A stretch of DNA of 64,000 bases. Origin: Octopus sinensis (taxonomy: Eukaryota). Position 1 is the first letter of the stretch, and every line of letters begins with the position of its first letter. A program made the position numbers and the translations under genes. The notes under the pieces were generated by a model. It saw only the letters and a program-made list of their open reading frames with translations, was not told the DNA's origin and did not search any database. Below are positions 61,299 through 64,000 of this stretch, piece by piece. Where the stretch lies: assembly GCF_006345805.1 (NCBI RefSeq), contig NC_043003.1, forward strand, positions 104,160,001-104,224,000, written 5' to 3'.

Positions 61299-61504
61299 AT
61301 CGCAACCCGACTTCAACGCACCTACCCCTGGCCAAGACCAAATGTACTCCAGAGGAAGAGGTTCTTTTCATGAACAAACTTGATGACCTAGTAACTAAAT
61401 TTAGCAAGAATTCCGGTGGTGATACACTGCCAGGCCCTGGCACAACAGAAGATGGTGAATATGCTTCATCCAGCTCATCGTCAACCCCTAAATACAGCCC
61501 ATAG
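61299..61504 (+). CDS. DHRS12: DHRS12-like terminal coding exon (206 nt including TAG)
   Basis: tttcag acceptor. Encodes (D)RNPTSTHLPLAKTKCTPEEEVLFMNKLDDLVTKF, compared with human DRKPVSTHLPLA...EEEKLIEILEQLAQTFK, followed by a Ser/Gly/Pro-rich tail. Confidence 0.93.
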
Positions 61505-61519
61505 ATCAACAGTGACATC

Positions 61520-61840
61520 ATGAACACACCTCATATATCTCGTCACCTCGACAATGAAGATAACGATGACAACAACAACAACAATAATAATATTATTAAT
61601 ATGACAGTGATGATGACGGGAATAATGGAAGTGATGATTACAAGTACAATGATGATGAGGAGGAGGCTGAGGATGACAGTGACATTGACAATGACGACGG
61701 TCATGTTGACAAGAATTAAAATGATAATGACAATGACAAAAAATGATGATAATAAAGATAATGCTGACAACAATGATTATGATGATGACAGTGGTGATGA
61801 TGATTATGTTGACGATGGTTATTATGATAATTATTTCTTA
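61520..61840. repeat. Degenerate (GAY/AAY)n low-complexity tract in the presumed 3' UTR
   Basis: Seen directly. Candidate AATAAA at about 62034 and 62303. Confidence 0.8.
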
Positions 61841-62667
61841 TGTAGCAGGCATGAAATCTACATATAAATGGTACAGTGAAACAAAAATGAGATTGTGTGA
61901 TGTTCAAACCTTTCCTGAGAACATTAGTGATATAAACAAAATGAAACAGTGAGATAGCTCCAACCAGGAACTGAACTTTGATTGCAAACGTACCTGTATG
62001 CTAGGGAAGAGTAGTAATGATTTGTAACATTAGAATAAAGATTACTCTCATAATCATATTATTAATAATATTAGTAATAATACTAATAATGTTAATAATA
62101 TTAATTTCATGTTTGATAAGGGAATTTGGTTGAGGGTATTTAGGTATGCCATCAAACACTCTAAGTTCAAATCTTGTCAGAAGCTTTAATCTCTTCAAGG
62201 CTTGATAAAATAAGAACCAGTAATCTACTGTTATCGTTTTCAGCAAGATGTTTGCCTGTGTATTAAATCTGGCCTCAGTGGCTCAACAAAATACTACAAT
62301 AGGAATAAAAATAATAATTTTTTTTTTGCCTTTTTTTTCCTGTCCTTGCACAAAGGCTATACAGAAAACAGTATTTCACAAATTGATTACCACACTGACA
62401 AAAATATATGTATGGGAGAACTATAGTTATGCTGAAGACCACTACAGTGTATTATAGACACATGTGTGCACCCACTCACACACGTGTGTGCACAAACACA
62501 CACACACACACTCACACATACACTTTCTGCTTAGAGTACCACCAGCTAAATACAACAATACAAAGAAAACTTATCTTGATAATAATGCAAACATTAGTAA
62601 TGATAGCAATAATAATTATATTTTTATTTTCTACAGCATATATATATAGCTGAATTAGGCTGTGTGA

Positions 62668-62702
<35 letters not shown>

Positions 62703-62714
<12 letters not shown>

Positions 62715-63027
62715 GAATTAGAGATAAAACCACTATTAAGCAACTCAAACAGTGATAGACATAAACCAATACGTAAATAACAAATAATATAAATATAATT
62801 TATAATATATATATTTTTTTTTTTTCCCAAAAGTATAAAAAGAATGATAAATATAATATATTATATTTATCATTCTTTTTATACTTTTGGAAAAAATTAT
62901 ATATATATATATATATTATATATCATATTAATTATATTTATATTCTTTGTTATTTATGTATTAGTTTATGTCTATCACTGTTTGAGTTGCATCATAGTGG
63001 TTTTATCTCTAATTCATATTTTATATA
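62703..63027. repeat. AT-rich fold-back with a loop-less 64-bp palindromic core
   Basis: 62827-62890 is self-complementary. The outer arms (62708-62790 versus 62925-63022) are about 90% complementary. It abuts (TA)n. Confidence 0.93.
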
Positions 63028-64000
63028 TTTATACTGTGAAATTTGATTTAATACTAAATCTAATTTTTCCCTGTAAGTTTGGAGCTATACTCCCTAATAT
63101 TATATATATATATATATATTTGTGTATGTATGTGTGTGTGTAGAGAGAGAGAGAAAGAGATTTAATAATACAATCAGGTAAAATAGAACTCAAATATGAA
63201 TATATATATATTTTTATTTTTAATCATTAGAACTTAGAAAGTGATTCAAGAGCCAAGAGTTTTGTGCATGGCATTAATCAAAGAGCCATGAAACTCTTGG
63301 CCCTTGAGTCACTTTGTAACTTCTGCTGACAGTAAATAAATAAATAAATAATATGCATATATATAATATATTTATATATATCGTAAATATCATGAAAAAG
63401 ATAACACAGAGTAGACAAGTTTTAACAAATACTGTATTAGCTTAATGCATATATGTATGTGTAATGTGATGTTCTTGCTGCTGCAGGTCTGCTACAGGAC
63501 ATATCCAAATGACCCTGGTCAAATGACATGTGTATAATCTAGTTGTTTCTATCCTCTCACTGCATTACTAGCCGAAACATTTTGCTTTTTTTTCTAATCA
63601 CATTCTGGTGTTTCTCTCAGAATGGTCAATTTGTATTTACACCTCAATCTTCAAACTTATTCCAGACCATTTTTCTGTCAGAGATAACACAGCATGCACC
63701 ATTTCCTTAAATGCTTTCATCGAATCCAAAACCATCCTAGTATAAATCATGAACCCTGTTTTCGACCAATTCCTTTGCTATAGAATGAGGTACCAGTAAA
63801 CGCTCGTCTGTTTTCTACTCAGTGGTAGCCTGACCACTGGTATTTTTGATATTCAGTACCATTTCTATAGCCTCTTAAATGGGACTTCTGTTCATGTTGT
63901 CTATACGTTAGGCCATTTATCCCTTCCTTACTGCTTTCACAAATCCGATACTGAAGAGTTTCACTCAACTTTGCATCTGGAAGTGTAGGCAGTCATCCTC

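Noticed and set aside
61174-61527. 117-aa antisense ORF over the last exon
   Set aside because: It is the shadow frame of the real exon plus a (TAA)n-derived Asn run, with no independent support.

Overview
AT-rich, microsatellite-rich eukaryotic genomic DNA. The repeat families and simple-repeat load suggest an octopod cephalopod, but that is inference. One host gene is recoverable: a + strand DHRS12-like short-chain dehydrogenase/reductase. I spliced it by hand from 8 coding exons (19932-20065, 36288-36370, 41315-41410, 44142-44223, 45394-45455, 48504-48699, 51564-51701, 61299-61504). All have GT-AG sites and consistent phases, and the TGxxxGxG, NNAG and YxxxK motifs are intact. The start-codon exon was not found and is probably upstream of the window. 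The rest is mostly transposon-derived: two Penelope-like elements, a CR1-like LINE, a Tx1-like LINE, R4-like and RTE fragments, a Gypsy gag-protease remnant, a full-length DD34D mariner, a deleted DD37D maT, non-autonomous Helitrons, TTAA and TA MITEs, and at least four SINE families. Most short ORFs in the supplied track are microsatellite or SINE artefacts. Main leads: (1) closely matching inverted repeats flank exons 4-6 and predict a 240-nt stop-free circRNA; (2) fold-back elements near (TA)n tracts carry pieces of minimal hammerhead ribozymes; (3) SINE multimers share one junction, and one trimer lies inside a single TSD; (4) RTE 3' ends carry arrays of hairpin units with variable loops; (5) different retroposons sit in different microsatellites; (6) a UAG stop is followed by 120 more open codons. 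No prokaryotic features or CRISPR arrays are present.
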